In this document: piece after piece, positions 51,363 through 62,890 of the stretch
Position numbering within the stretch: the first letter of the stretch is position 1
Layout of the letters: the number at the start of each line of letters is the position of its first letter
Source of the DNA: Ophelia neglecta
Taxonomy: Eukaryota
Length of the DNA stretch: 64,000 nucleotides
Direction of reading: 5' to 3'
NCBI GenBank assembly: GCA_965285935.1
Contig: OZ260663.1
Coordinates: 70,122,001-70,186,000 of the forward strand
Notes under the pieces: generated by a model
Databases searched by the model: none
Told to the model about the DNA's origin: nothing
What the model saw: the letters and a program-made list of their open reading frames with translations, nothing else
Translations under genes and position numbers: made by a program

Positions 51363-52409
51363 TGTAGCAAAACGCGCTTTCCAACTCATTCCTCTCAAGG
51401 GAAACATCTGTATTATCAAGGTACAGGCGTAAATAATAAAGTCATGTTATTAGCAACAGAAATATTGAAATTCCTTCTAATCACGTAATTTTCAATCAAC
51501 ATCGGCTAATGCAAAGTATAGGTAAACAAGACTTTTTTTCTTCGCAGACAATCCATGACGGCCTATATCCACTTTTTATACAGTCCTGGGCATCCAAACC
51601 AACCATACTACAATAATAAGATGCCTTATAAATAACTTATTATCTAGGTCCAGTAACTATTTTCAAATGGGCCAAAAACATATTGGTCCGAAAAAGAATG
51701 AAAATTGGAAAACCGCAGTGTACCGCAGTTGAGAAGTCACTTTACTACTTATTATGTTGCATATTACCGTTTTCAGTCGAAATAAAAGCGTGACTGCTAA
51801 ATTTGTTAACATCGTGGCATTGCGCTGTATAAAAATAATAAAACTTGTGTTTTTGATGACAATGTCATCTGCAGCTTCACATTATAAATTGGATTATGTC
51901 GTAAACTCTTGAGATTGGTCATACATTAGCCACAGCCCAATCAACCACTAATTTCGACCTATTCAATGGATGATTCCTGAATGGCGATTCTGGTTTGTCT
52001 GCTGGGGTCCCTGTTCTTTCTTTATTGACAGGGACCATTTTTTTGATATAACATGTACTGTAGACTAGATATTTAATATGGACTATACATTGACTCTGCA
52101 TCAATGGCCAGTGTGTCAACCTCAAACGTGACTGATCGGAGTCTGAAGCAGATTACATGATAATTGAGGATGAATTGTCAGTTTTCAACCAGATTCAACC
52201 AAACAGGGCTGTACGTTGTAGCCTATTTACTCTATATCTAACGTCAACTTAACTGTAAGATCTAAAGTGTGAAAACCACCGATACAAAGTAGCAGACTAG
52301 GAGTGCATGCTCACAATAAAGAACTGAAAACTCCATTTCTGTTCCGAGTTTACCTGATACTGTATTCAAAAATAATTATTTAACTTCCTGTATTTCTTTG
52401 CCTTTTTCC

Positions 52410-53724
52410 CATGCGTGGTAAATAGCTTTAAAAAGTGTAAATAGAACAATCCAGCGTCAGAATGGACGCGATTACGCAGAGATATGAAAGGCACACTGCT
52501 GGGTGTTTAGTGTACATGAACATGTTATTCTGGTAACTATTATGAGTTAGATTAGTATAACCTCTCAAGCCATGGACCTGTAATGCATTTGCATGTATAT
52601 GCATTTTCTATTTGCCATATGATCAATTTATCCCTATTTGTCGAGTCTTAATAGTAAAAGAGTCATGTGAGATAATTAAGAGACAATATTATGAGGTTAG
52701 ACAAAAAAATAAAGAAGCGAACACCCGGCAGAAAGAACCAATCTTTATTCAAGAACTATGCACTTAGTCGGTCCGCAATCGTCGGGCACCGGCAGCCACA
52801 GGCACAAACATCAGCAAAATCCAATGTACTTTGTGCACTATTCTATTCTTTTATTTAGGGTGTAAAGTACAAATATGAGCAAGTCCAAACAATATGGTGG
52901 CCATTCTTTAATGACCATCTCATAACACCAAAATAAAGAAAAAATGACATTAACTTTAGTAAGGCGTACACTGTACACAGCAATTACAAATAATATCACA
53001 ACACCAAAATCTCTACAAGGATTTTCTGCTTTTATGTTTGGATTTTCTCCTTTTCTTTTTGATTTTTTTGTCCTTATTTTTCTTTTATCAATGTGTTTCA
53101 CTCTCATCAGCTTTTCCCCTTTTGTCGTTGTGTTCTTTGTGATGTCTTTTGCGTTTTCTCTTCTTTTTCATTTTCTCTTCTTCACTGCTTGAAGATTAAT
53201 GTGAGTCTGAATCACTATCACTACTTGTAGATGCATCTAGGATAGCTTGTAACTGATTTATTCTGAAAAAAGCAAAACAGCAAACCATTAAAAAGCACAT
53301 CTGTAAATTTATGCTAAAGCAGGTTGCGACCAAACATACTATAAAGAGGGAAGTTAGGGGGGTCCCCGTTCCCAGTTCCCAGTGTGAAAATTGGGCAAGT
53401 CCCGAATCATGCATTTTTCATGCCATTAGGGATAAGGTAGGCCTATTACCCTCTTCCCGATAAATTGAAATAGTGATTCCCTAGTCATGGGAATTTAAAA
53501 AGAACATTCCTTGGTCCCAGTAAATTCTAATCCTTGATCCCGAATCACGGACAATTGTCAAATCCCGGGTAACAAGAAATTAAACCTTTAATGCCCCGTT
53601 CACGAATAATTAAAAAGTCTGATCGCGAAGGTAAGAAATACACCTAACCACCTAACTTCCCCCCCCCCTTTATATTATTTACACATAATAAAAATTGTGA
53701 AAATTGGAATTTACAGATTCAATG
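52410..53724 (-). pseudogene. Tandem duplicate of the RP9-like last intron end, terminal exon and 3' UTR, with premature stop
   Basis: Collinear with 53722-54939; acceptor retained (exon starts 53262); TCA>TAA at 53196-53198 after SDSDSDSH. Confidence 0.85.
53341..53673. mobile_element. MITE-like insert in the duplicated RP9 intron (also present, more decayed, at ~54580-54897)
   Basis: ataaagagggaagttagg ... cctaacttccc(c)nctttat inverted ends. Confidence 0.5.
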
Positions 53725-54248
53725 CATGGTAAAAAGCTTTGACAAAGGTGAATAGAACCATCCAGCGAACAAGTCAAACTGGACAATAATTATGCAGAGA
53801 TAGGAAAAGCACTGGGTGCCGAGTGTTTAGTATACATGAATATATTATTCTGGTAACTATTAAAAGTTGATTAGTTTAACCAGTCTTAATAGTAAAAGAA
53901 TCATATGAGATAATTAAGAGACTATCTTATGAGGTAAGACTAAAGATAAACAAGTGGAAACCCGGCAGGCATTACCAACCTTTATTCAAGAATAATCGAT
54001 TAAATTGGTCCGCAATCGCCAGAAACCGGCAGCCACAGGCACAAAACTCAGCAAACCCAAAGGTACTTTGTGCACTCTTTCATTATTTTATTTAGTGTGC
54101 GAAATACAATTATGAGACAATTCCAAACAATATGGTGGCCATTCTTTAATGACCATATCATAACACCAAAATAAATAAAATCACATTAACTTAAGTAAGG
54201 CGTACACTGTACACAGCAATTACAAATAATATCACAACACCAAAATCT

Positions 54249-54498
54249 CTACAAGGATTTTCTGCTTTTATGTTTGGATTTTCTCCTTTTCTTTGAGATT
54301 TTTTTGTCCTTATTTTTCTTTTTCAAATGTGTTTCACTTTCATCAGACTTTCTCCTTTTGTCTTTGTGTTCTTTATGCTGTCTTTTGTGTCTTCTCTTCT
54401 TCTTCTTTTTCTCTTCTCCACTGCTTGAAGATGAATGTGAGTCTGAATCACTGTCACTACTTGTAGATGCATCTAGGATAGCTTGCAACTGGTTTATT
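54249..54498 (-). CDS. RP9-like terminal coding exon
   Basis: tatttcAG acceptor; INQLQAILDASTSS.. Lys/Arg-rich tail; stop TAG. Confidence 0.9.
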
Positions 54499-57400
54499 CT
54501 GAAATAAGCAAAACAGCAAACATAAAAATAGCACATCTGTTAATTTGTGCTAAAGCAGGTTTCTACCATACATACTATATAGTGTGAGGTTGAGGGGGCC
54601 CTTGTTCTCAGTTCCCAGTGTGAAGAATGGGCAAGTCACGGATCATGCTTTTTGCATGCCATTTGGGATAAGGTATTTCCCTTTTCCATCTAAATTGAAA
54701 TACTCATTCCCTAATCAAAGGAATTTAAAAAGAACATTCCCAGGTCCCAGTAAATTCAAATCCTTGATCCCGAATCACGGACAATTGTCGAATCCCAGTT
54801 AACAAGAAATTAAACTTAAATTCCTACTCCATGAATAATTAAAAGGGTGATCCTGATGGTCGGAAATACATCTACCCCCCCCCCCCACCCCACTTTATAC
54901 ATAATAAATTCTTGTGAAACTGGGATGTACAGATTCAATGATCTTTAGGTATTCTATATGTAAGGAAACGCCCTGGTCCTGTACTCGCCTGTCTTCTTTG
55001 TTCCGTATCTTCCTTTGCTCAAAGTAGTCATGCATTGGGTCCTCGTGCATCTAAACAATATATATACAAGTACAATACATATTAATATTACAGAGTCATT
55101 GTATACAACTGAAATGGCCTTTCCTTATTGATCATATATATTGTTTACCAAATCGAAACAAGCAAAATGTGACTTCTATATTTTTCCCCCTATTACCGTT
55201 CATCCTTTAACATGTGAAACTGTTTACCGGTATATACCAAAGTAGCTGGAAACCTGTGGCACCACAGGCTATTTTTAAAAGATGAGTTTTAGATTGTCAC
55301 CCTTGAATTAGGCAGTGCTTTTGTTTCAAAGTAGGAATGTGCGAAAAAAACAACAAATGTAGGAGATTGGACTAAAAATAAAAGAACCAAAAAGGAGTTG
55401 GTCTCAGACTGAATATCTTAACATAATTAACTAGGCCAACGATGTCGGAGGCGTGGACAGCAAGGGGTATATCCGCGATTGCGTGTCAATAATATTGCAA
55501 AACAACCTTAACTAGTCTTTTTTTATAGGTCATTAATAAAGTAAACAGTTAACTTATTACACAGACTGTAGCAGGTTCCATATGACCTCAATAATAATGC
55601 AAAACGACCTTAACTAAATTTTTTCAGGTCATTAATAAAGTTTACTAGTTAACTTATTACACAGATTGTAGTAGGTTCCATATGACCTCAATGATACGCA
55701 AAACAACCTTAACTAATTTTGTTCAGGTCATTAATAAAGTTAACTAGTTAACTTATTACACATTGTATATAGTTATTACATGAATCATGACACAAAACTT
55801 CAAACCAATATCATCTATACTTTCAAATATGTGATAGAAAATGTGTTTTGACATAATAAATTAATTGTTTTAACTAATTATTAATTATCTGTAATTCACC
55901 AGAATAAGTCCAGTTCTTCCTCTCAATAAGGTCTATGGCTGTGTCAAATTTGAAAAAGATGTATCAACATTGTTTTGTGTAATTGCAGAAAATAAGTTTC
56001 TGAAATAATAAAATAATTGTTTTAACTAATTAATAATTATTGGAATTTCACCGGAATCTAACCAGTTCCTCATCTCAATAAGGTCTATGGCTGTGTCATT
56101 TTTAAAATAGATGTATGAAATGGTTTTTGAGTTATCGCGTTAAAGACTAAAATCTGTGGCGGCGGCCGTGCTACTGATTCCATAATATCCGCATTTCGCG
56201 GATATAATTAGAAATGAATACTTACAGTTAATCCCTAAAATCAAAATGTTGGAATTGTGTACTTTAATCAACACAAGACACTTTGTTAGTATAAAACTAA
56301 TAAAAGTCCAGGAGCATATATAAATGAATCTACTGTCGGATAGATAAAAACTATTTCAGGACTGAAATTAGCCATTACCACCAATATGCAATACAGTATC
56401 ATCTTTGAATACACCAACACTAATTATCTGAATGATATCAACTTATACATTATTACTCACATATCTGAAAGTCTCAGATATTTTGTTTCCTTGTAGATAC
56501 AGCGGACATTCTCTATCTGTGTGTCCTTGCTCACCACATCGCTGACCTATCAAATATAACCATCATAACAGGTCAATCCTAAATTCTGATAGTATATATG
56601 AGTAAAAGGTTGAAAACAAGAAACCAACTGTAAATTCAGAAATTTTCACAGGAAGATTATTTCACAAATTTAAGAAAAAACACTTTTCTCAGGAATTTCA
56701 TAACACAGTCTACTGCTACAGTGGTCCCTATTATGTAGGGCCCCTCCAGGTATGGTCACCTGCGATAGCAGGACTATTGGTAATTTCTCTTGTTCTATCT
56801 TTCCATGTTAAAGTATCTCCAACGGAGGACCATCTGCAACATAGGGACACTTTGTTCCTTGGATTTAGGGGTGACCCTACATTGCAGGGAACCCTGTATA
56901 TCAAAATGGCACAGTCTATGAAAGCAGAAAAAAACATAATGTACTACAACAAATTAATAGATTTCAAAAAACCTATGTTTAAGATGAGATCTCCGCATAT
57001 CTATATTGGATTTAGGGGCTGCAGCATCATAACTGAGCAATTGTACTCCTGTTACAGGTTCTCTTAATAACAAATTTAATTTCCTAGTATATATAGGGAA
57101 CAAATACGAGCCTCCCACCAATTAGAATGGATAGTAAACATGATGGTTGGACAGTCCACTCCCGTCAAGCAAATGTAAATGGTCAATTCTTAAATTTGAT
57201 AAAATACAAAAAATGTGGTTTTACATAGGTTCTCAATGAAGTTTTAGGCTGTTGTTACAAGATAATGGTCAAATCAGAAAACTGGATAAAATGCCAAAAA
57301 TGTGGTTTCCTATAGATTTCCACTGTACTTCACTGGTAGGACACGATCTGAGTAACGTTTTGTTACTCAGATCATAAAATGGCGGACGCCAAATTAACTC

Positions 57401-60400
57401 TTGCTGGTAATTAGGCTTTTATCAATTTTTATACAGCTTATATAATGGCAGTCGTTTGCTAATAGTTGTACAACAATGTCTAGATAATAGTGACGCAATG
57501 TCAGAATTTATAAGAATGCATTCGGGGAGTTTTCTTCGCATGAAGATTTGCTAGGTGATCTGAGTAACAAAAAGGCATGATCTGAGTAACGACTTTTCTT
57601 AAATATCACTGCTACATTTATCAAACAGTATTAGCTCATGCAGTCAGTGTATGGTAAGCATTGCATGTGCGTTTGTGGGTCAAAATAGGCAGTCCATTAT
57701 CTAATTGAACTTGGTGGAGAGGATGGGGGGGGGGGGGGTCAAAAATCAGCAGGGTCTTTGACAGGGGATGGGGATGCCAATTGAACCTTCCAATGGTGTG
57801 ATAGATACTGGTACTGGTAAAATAAATGAAAAAATGACAATATTTTATTTTGTATAAGAAATACTGCCTTCTAAAAAAACTCATGATAACCATGGAGATT
57901 ATATAGCTGAATTTGATAGGGAATAAAATTAATATATGGGAAGTACAGGTGTGCAAACCCTTAACCCCCTTTTTTTTCTTTTTCTTTTTTTGCTGAACAT
58001 ACCCCTCCCCCCCCCCCCCAGGCCGTTCCTAGAACAAACAGTGAATTGCTAGTATACACCTGAACCGAATTTTTAACTTTATAGAACAAACAATGAATTG
58101 CTGGTATACAACTGAATATTTAACAGAAAGATAGAACATGTCTAATAAAAATGTGAAGGTTTGTAATTAAAGCATGCCAGGGAGGGCTAGAACTCGAACT
58201 GAAAAAATTGCAAATGGTAACATGCTCAATAATATAGTCTATATAACCTTATCAATATAAATGTGACATATTTCGCAGGGGAATTTGCTAATAAACTCAG
58301 AATGTGTATCACTACCCTGCAAGTGTACATGGCATCAATGTCTAAATGTATTGACATAATATGATATTTATATTTGGTATCAGCACCCTTATAGTTTACT
58401 CCCACTAGCCCATCTGATCATCTAAAATGCTCATCCAACATAGACTCATTTTCCACAGGATAACATGTATACACATTCATGAATGAATGATAATATACTC
58501 GATCACCATACTTAAGTCCCTTTCTGAACTTCCTGCTATTTCACTGCCTGTAAACATAATTTACCATTGGAGTCAATGTCCCAATAGTGTTCAAATTTTG
58601 CACAAATAGGCAAACAGTTCCATATAGAACAAATCTGTGCTTTCACATGGTTGGGTGAATGTGAGTTAAAACATAAGAACAGTAGAAAGTACTACCCACA
58701 TTGAAAAGCATAGGTGACAAACTAGGGAATTTCACATTTCTATAAAAGGGTAAATTCCCTACCTGATATACTGAATTTTTCCACTAGACATATGCTGAAA
58801 TTTCCCTATTATGAGGGAAAAATTTTACCCTGGGGTAAAGGGGAAATATTGAAGAGGGTGAAAAATCAGGCAATTCTAAAATTGGGGAATTTCCCATTAC
58901 AAGGTTGTCCAGGTTGGGGATTAATCAGACTTTGTTTGGTATGCATGAGTTTTGCAAAAAAAATATGGTCATATGATACTTGATTATGATCTGAACATTA
59001 TAAATACAACTAAAACAAATTTATTAGGTAAGGTTCTTTTTACTCTGTACAGGTCTGAATATTTACCCTTTGTGTAATTTCATGGATATCAGTTTAGTGC
59101 AAATAAGTTAGTTTGTTCCTTGATGGACTTGTGTAAAAATGTAAACTAAAATTCTGTTCAATTACACTGTATTTTTTTTTACTATTTAACTGACAATTAA
59201 ACCTTGATAAATGTAGCAGTGATATTTAAGAAAAGTCGTTACTCAGATCATGCCTTTTTTGTTACTCAGATCACCTAGCAAATCTTCATGCGAAGAAAAC
59301 TCCCCGAATGCATTCTTATAAATTCTGACATTGTGTCACTATTATCTAGACATTGTTGTACAACTATTAGCAAACGACTGCCATTATATAAGCTGTATAA
59401 AAATTGATAAAAGCCTAATTACCAACAAGAGTTAATTTGGCGTCCGCCATTTTATGATCTGAGTAACAAAACGTTACTCAGATCGTGTCCTACCAGTGGT
59501 ACTTCTAGGCTCTAACAGCTAGAATAAAGGCTTTATGAATCATTTTGGTAAATTGACCTTTAAAATAAACAACAAGGTCAAATCTGAGAACTCAATAAGA
59601 TGTGAAAATGTGCTTCTTGACTTTAACTGGGACTAGCCCAAATGTAGTTAAATTCCAAACGTCAGCAAGGTAACTAGTTCATAGAAAGGAGTAAATATTT
59701 GTAAATTGCATCAAAAGCACAAATATCTGCTCAAATTATTGCGAGAATCTTCACTGCACGCTTTATTTGTAGATGTGGAAAAGTACATTTCCCAAGAGCT
59801 GGTATTGCTCTTTTGTTCCATATATAATATGCCTACTGGATACAATTCCACTCCAGTAATACTGAATTCATATTAGATACAGAAATACAAAAACAAGAGG
59901 AGGCACAGGGCTATGATACATATACCATGTGTTCATTACTTTGTATCATGCAAGAGAAAATTAAATAAAAAGAAAATAAACCAATAGAACAATCTGACAG
60001 AAAATATGAGGACAAACCCAGTAAAAAATACTCAAAATATATTCTTCTGAAAATGCCATAAATATACCAGCAAATAAATGTTGGCTTGAGCTAGGCTATA
60101 TTCTAGCCCTTTGTCCTAAGCAAGTTTGATAAAAATAGTGAATTTGCAAATGAAAACAATTTGCAATTGAATGGAGAAATTTGTGGCCATGGATGGCCAT
60201 ATTAACTTGCAGATTTATTAGATGTTAAAAGGAATGGGTCACTTATATGAGTAAAACAGTGTCATGCGTCAAACCACCCTGTCAATATGGCACATACAGA
60301 CCAGACACAGGAGATGCCATTGAAATGAAAATTACAGGAAAAACAGATGAAATGTTTGCAAACATCGTACCCATCAGTTTTTTGCTTTTTTAAGGGGGGG

Positions 60401-60882
60401 GGACGTGTGTGTGTGTGTGTGGGGGGGGGGGGGGCAGGTTGCAATGCCTAGTTTAACAACTTAAGAGTGCATAAAGGTAAGGTAAAAAACTTAAAAACTG
60501 AAAAATTAAAGAAAGTTTGTACAGTGTGAGAAATAATTTTGCCATTGGAATCCAATGTTTTCTACTTTCTAGCAATTTCCAATACTTCACTTGGGGTGGC
60601 AGAATAACACAGAATCCTCATGAACTTAACATGGAGGGGCTGTCTGCTGAGAGTGATTATGATCATGTGTACAATCCATTAAGGCTTTCATTTTATGATA
60701 CATTAGTTCATTTTTTTACCTAACCGACCCTCATTTTTTCCATATCTTTTTTCTTTACCTGACTGACTAACCTAATTTTTTCAGGTCAATATATTTGTTA
60801 CTAGTATGTAGAAACTTACATTTAATATGAACAGCATCCTTGCCAACTAAAGGCTTCAATAGACCACTTGTTTGATCATGAT
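54249..60882 (-). CDS. RP9: RP9/PAP-1-like splicing factor (CCHC knuckle, HEDPM, Ser/Lys-rich tail), last four coding exons
   Basis: Exons 60820-60882, 56461-56546, 54989-55050, 54249-54498 splice in frame: ..QTSGLLKPLVGKDAVHIKCQRCGEQGHTDRECPLYLQGNKISETFRYMHEDPMHDYFEQRKIRNKEDRINQLQAILDASTSSDS..KKKK..; collinear with human RP9 as recalled (KGLWMPLGK..CWRC..GH..ECP..GN..FRVAHEDPM..RIQQLKQLLEDSTS). Confidence 0.85.
54989..55050 (-). CDS. RP9-like exon (MHEDPM...KED), GC donor
   Basis: tgtttAG acceptor; AG|GCGAGT donor gives the only in-frame join. Confidence 0.85.
55429..56210 (-). mobile_element. HINE/DINE-1-like element, copy 2 (inverted relative to copy 1; in RP9 intron)
   Basis: Reverse complement of 33880-35074 with identical terminal palindrome atatccgcatttcgcggatat, shorter GCC run and fewer array units. 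Confidence 0.8.
56461..56546 (-). CDS. RP9-like zinc-knuckle exon
   Basis: gatAG acceptor, GTGAGT donor; (C)QRCGEQGHTDRECPLYLQGNKISETFRY. Confidence 0.9.
56719..56894. mobile_element. TA-flanked MITE (CAGTGGTCCCT...AGGGAACCCTG)
   Basis: TA|CAGTGGTCCCT ... AGGGAACCCTG|TA; homologous to 6411-6574. Confidence 0.65.
57331..59498. mobile_element. Non-autonomous DNA transposon with ~294-bp TIRs (CACTGG...CCAGTG) and 6-bp TSD GTACTT
   Basis: 57331-57624 is the near-perfect reverse complement of 59204-59498; GTACTT at 57325-57330 and 59499-59504; no transposase ORF inside. Confidence 0.9.
60820..60882 (-). CDS. RP9-like exon (HDQTSGLLKPLVGKDAVHIK)
   Basis: ggcAG acceptor, GTAAGT donor; phase 1 supplies the first Cys of the knuckle. 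Confidence 0.7.
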
Positions 60883-62349
60883 CTGCCATTGAAAAACATT
60901 TATGTGTACTTCAGATCTCAATCCTATGACCGTGAGTTGTACTTAAAGACACACAGTAGACAAGACTCCCAGCAAATTTCACCTGAAAAAAAGGACATAA
61001 TCAGATCATGGATGGACACAGAATAGACTGCCCTGGCAAGACAATTGAAAAACAAAGCATTTAGAAGGACAAAAGCCCCCAGCAATTAAATGGTAGTAAA
61101 CATGTCTGTAGCAAAATCACTTTTGGCAAAGTCAAAGTAATGGTAGGATTCCCCCACCCCCGTCAACCAAAAACATTTTATTTGATTAAAACACTGGAAT
61201 CACATGAAATGGCTGGGGAAAAAAAGAGTTAGCTCAATGTTGGACAAAAAAGTTCCAGACCCCCCCAACCCCGCCAAATCTTTTATGTGCTCAAAACACT
61301 GGTAATCGGCAGGGCAATAACCTGTCCAAACAGATCACTTCCAATATCAGACCAGAACTTTTCAGTCCCTAGGTTTGTCTCAACTCACAGGTTTCACTGA
61401 ATATATACAGGAAAATTCTGGGTTGTGGCCAGAATGGGGGAATTGCCCCCATCTCTGACCTTGTCAATAGGGCATTTTTCAAGGCCATTGGGGGGGGGGG
61501 TTACATTTTTTCAATCATAGTCTAATGGTCTGTAATATGTTGTTTGTTAATAAAATTGTTTAAATAAATAAAATGTTGACTGTACTATCTGGCATTTGTC
61601 TGGCCCAAGACGCACTTTTGGTGGCATACTTTGCCCATGAAGAAAAGCCTATATATGCCAAGTGACATCAGTGGTGGCAGCGGTAGTACTAAGGAAGTAG
61701 TCTCCCATTAGAGATTGTGAACAAAACCAGCCTTGGAAAAACCAGGAAATCCACTTTTGTGCGCTTTTTGTACATGTATGCAGTAGCAGGTATTCTCGGG
61801 TTATGAACAGGTTTTGGTATGAAAAAATTTCACGCTTAAGGGACACACTTGAAGCTCTGAGTGCTTCTTCACCCAGTAGTTTAACTTGGTCTTACCCTCA
61901 GAAAATGATGCGCTCTGTTCCTGTGCCCATGGGCTGGGGAATGGGGAATACCGCGTAGCAGAATTATACCTGTACTAGCAGTAACCCGTGGAAAAATCCA
62001 CAGTGGAGGAAAATTGTGTACATAGTAACTTTTTAGCAGCACCACCTGTCTCATGAAGGCAATTTTCTTTGGTTTCAACGTTTAAAATGTGACTTCTCTG
62101 TGACAGCTTGCTACTTCCCTAACTGCTTCACCGACCAGCTATTTTCATGTAACATTCTCAATTTTGTATCTTCCTATATATATACACACTCCATTCCCTA
62201 GAGCCCACTCTGGTATCTGATGTGAAACACATGATGCTTTGAAATTTCATAAATAATCACACAGACCATCGTTTTCAAGAAGTTCAGTTTGTGACACTGT
62301 GCCTGATCCTTGATTGAACGCTGGGAAAGAAGTGCCCAATACCCCTTTA

Positions 62350-62890
62350 TATAAGTCTCCTCTCCTTGGCTGCCACCCCCCCCCCCCCACCGTATTCTCA
62401 GTCTCCTCTTATAATGCCATTTCAATGTGAATCTAAATATATAAGCAAATCAGGTTCACTGAATTTTATCAGTACATCAGCATTGCATGAGAGTGCTAGG
62501 GAACTCCCCCCTTCCTTCCCCCTTAGATAACCCTCCTCTCCTTGGCTGCCCCTTTTTGTGCTGTAAGTCTAACCCTCCCCTCTGCTGCCCCCCCCCCCCC
62601 TCCCCCTCTGTAGCCTCAGTCTAGTCGTCTACTGTCATTTACATGTTTATCTCTTGTGACAACAAAACAGGTTTCTCTGAATTTTATCAGTACATCAGCA
62701 TTGCATGAGAGTGCTAGGTAACCCCCCCCCTCCTTCCCCCCTTAGATAAGCCTCCTCCCCTTGGCTGCCAACCCCCCCCCCCCCAACACCACCACCATAG
62801 CCTCCGTCTCCTCTTAGACTGCCATTTACATGTTAATCTATTGTGTTAACAAAACAGGCTCACTCTGAATCTTATCAGTAATCAGCATGG
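62350..62890. repeat. Tandem repeat, ~180-220-bp unit x ~2.7, C-run rich
   Basis: recurring ctcc..ccttggctgcc(C)n ... ctgaattttatcagtacatcagcattgcatgagagtgctagg ... cttagataa. Confidence 0.8.

Noticed and set aside
57331-57380. RAG/Transib RSS-like terminus
   Set aside because: CACTGGT is not the heptamer, no nonamer at 12/23-like spacing, and the TSD is 6 bp rather than 5
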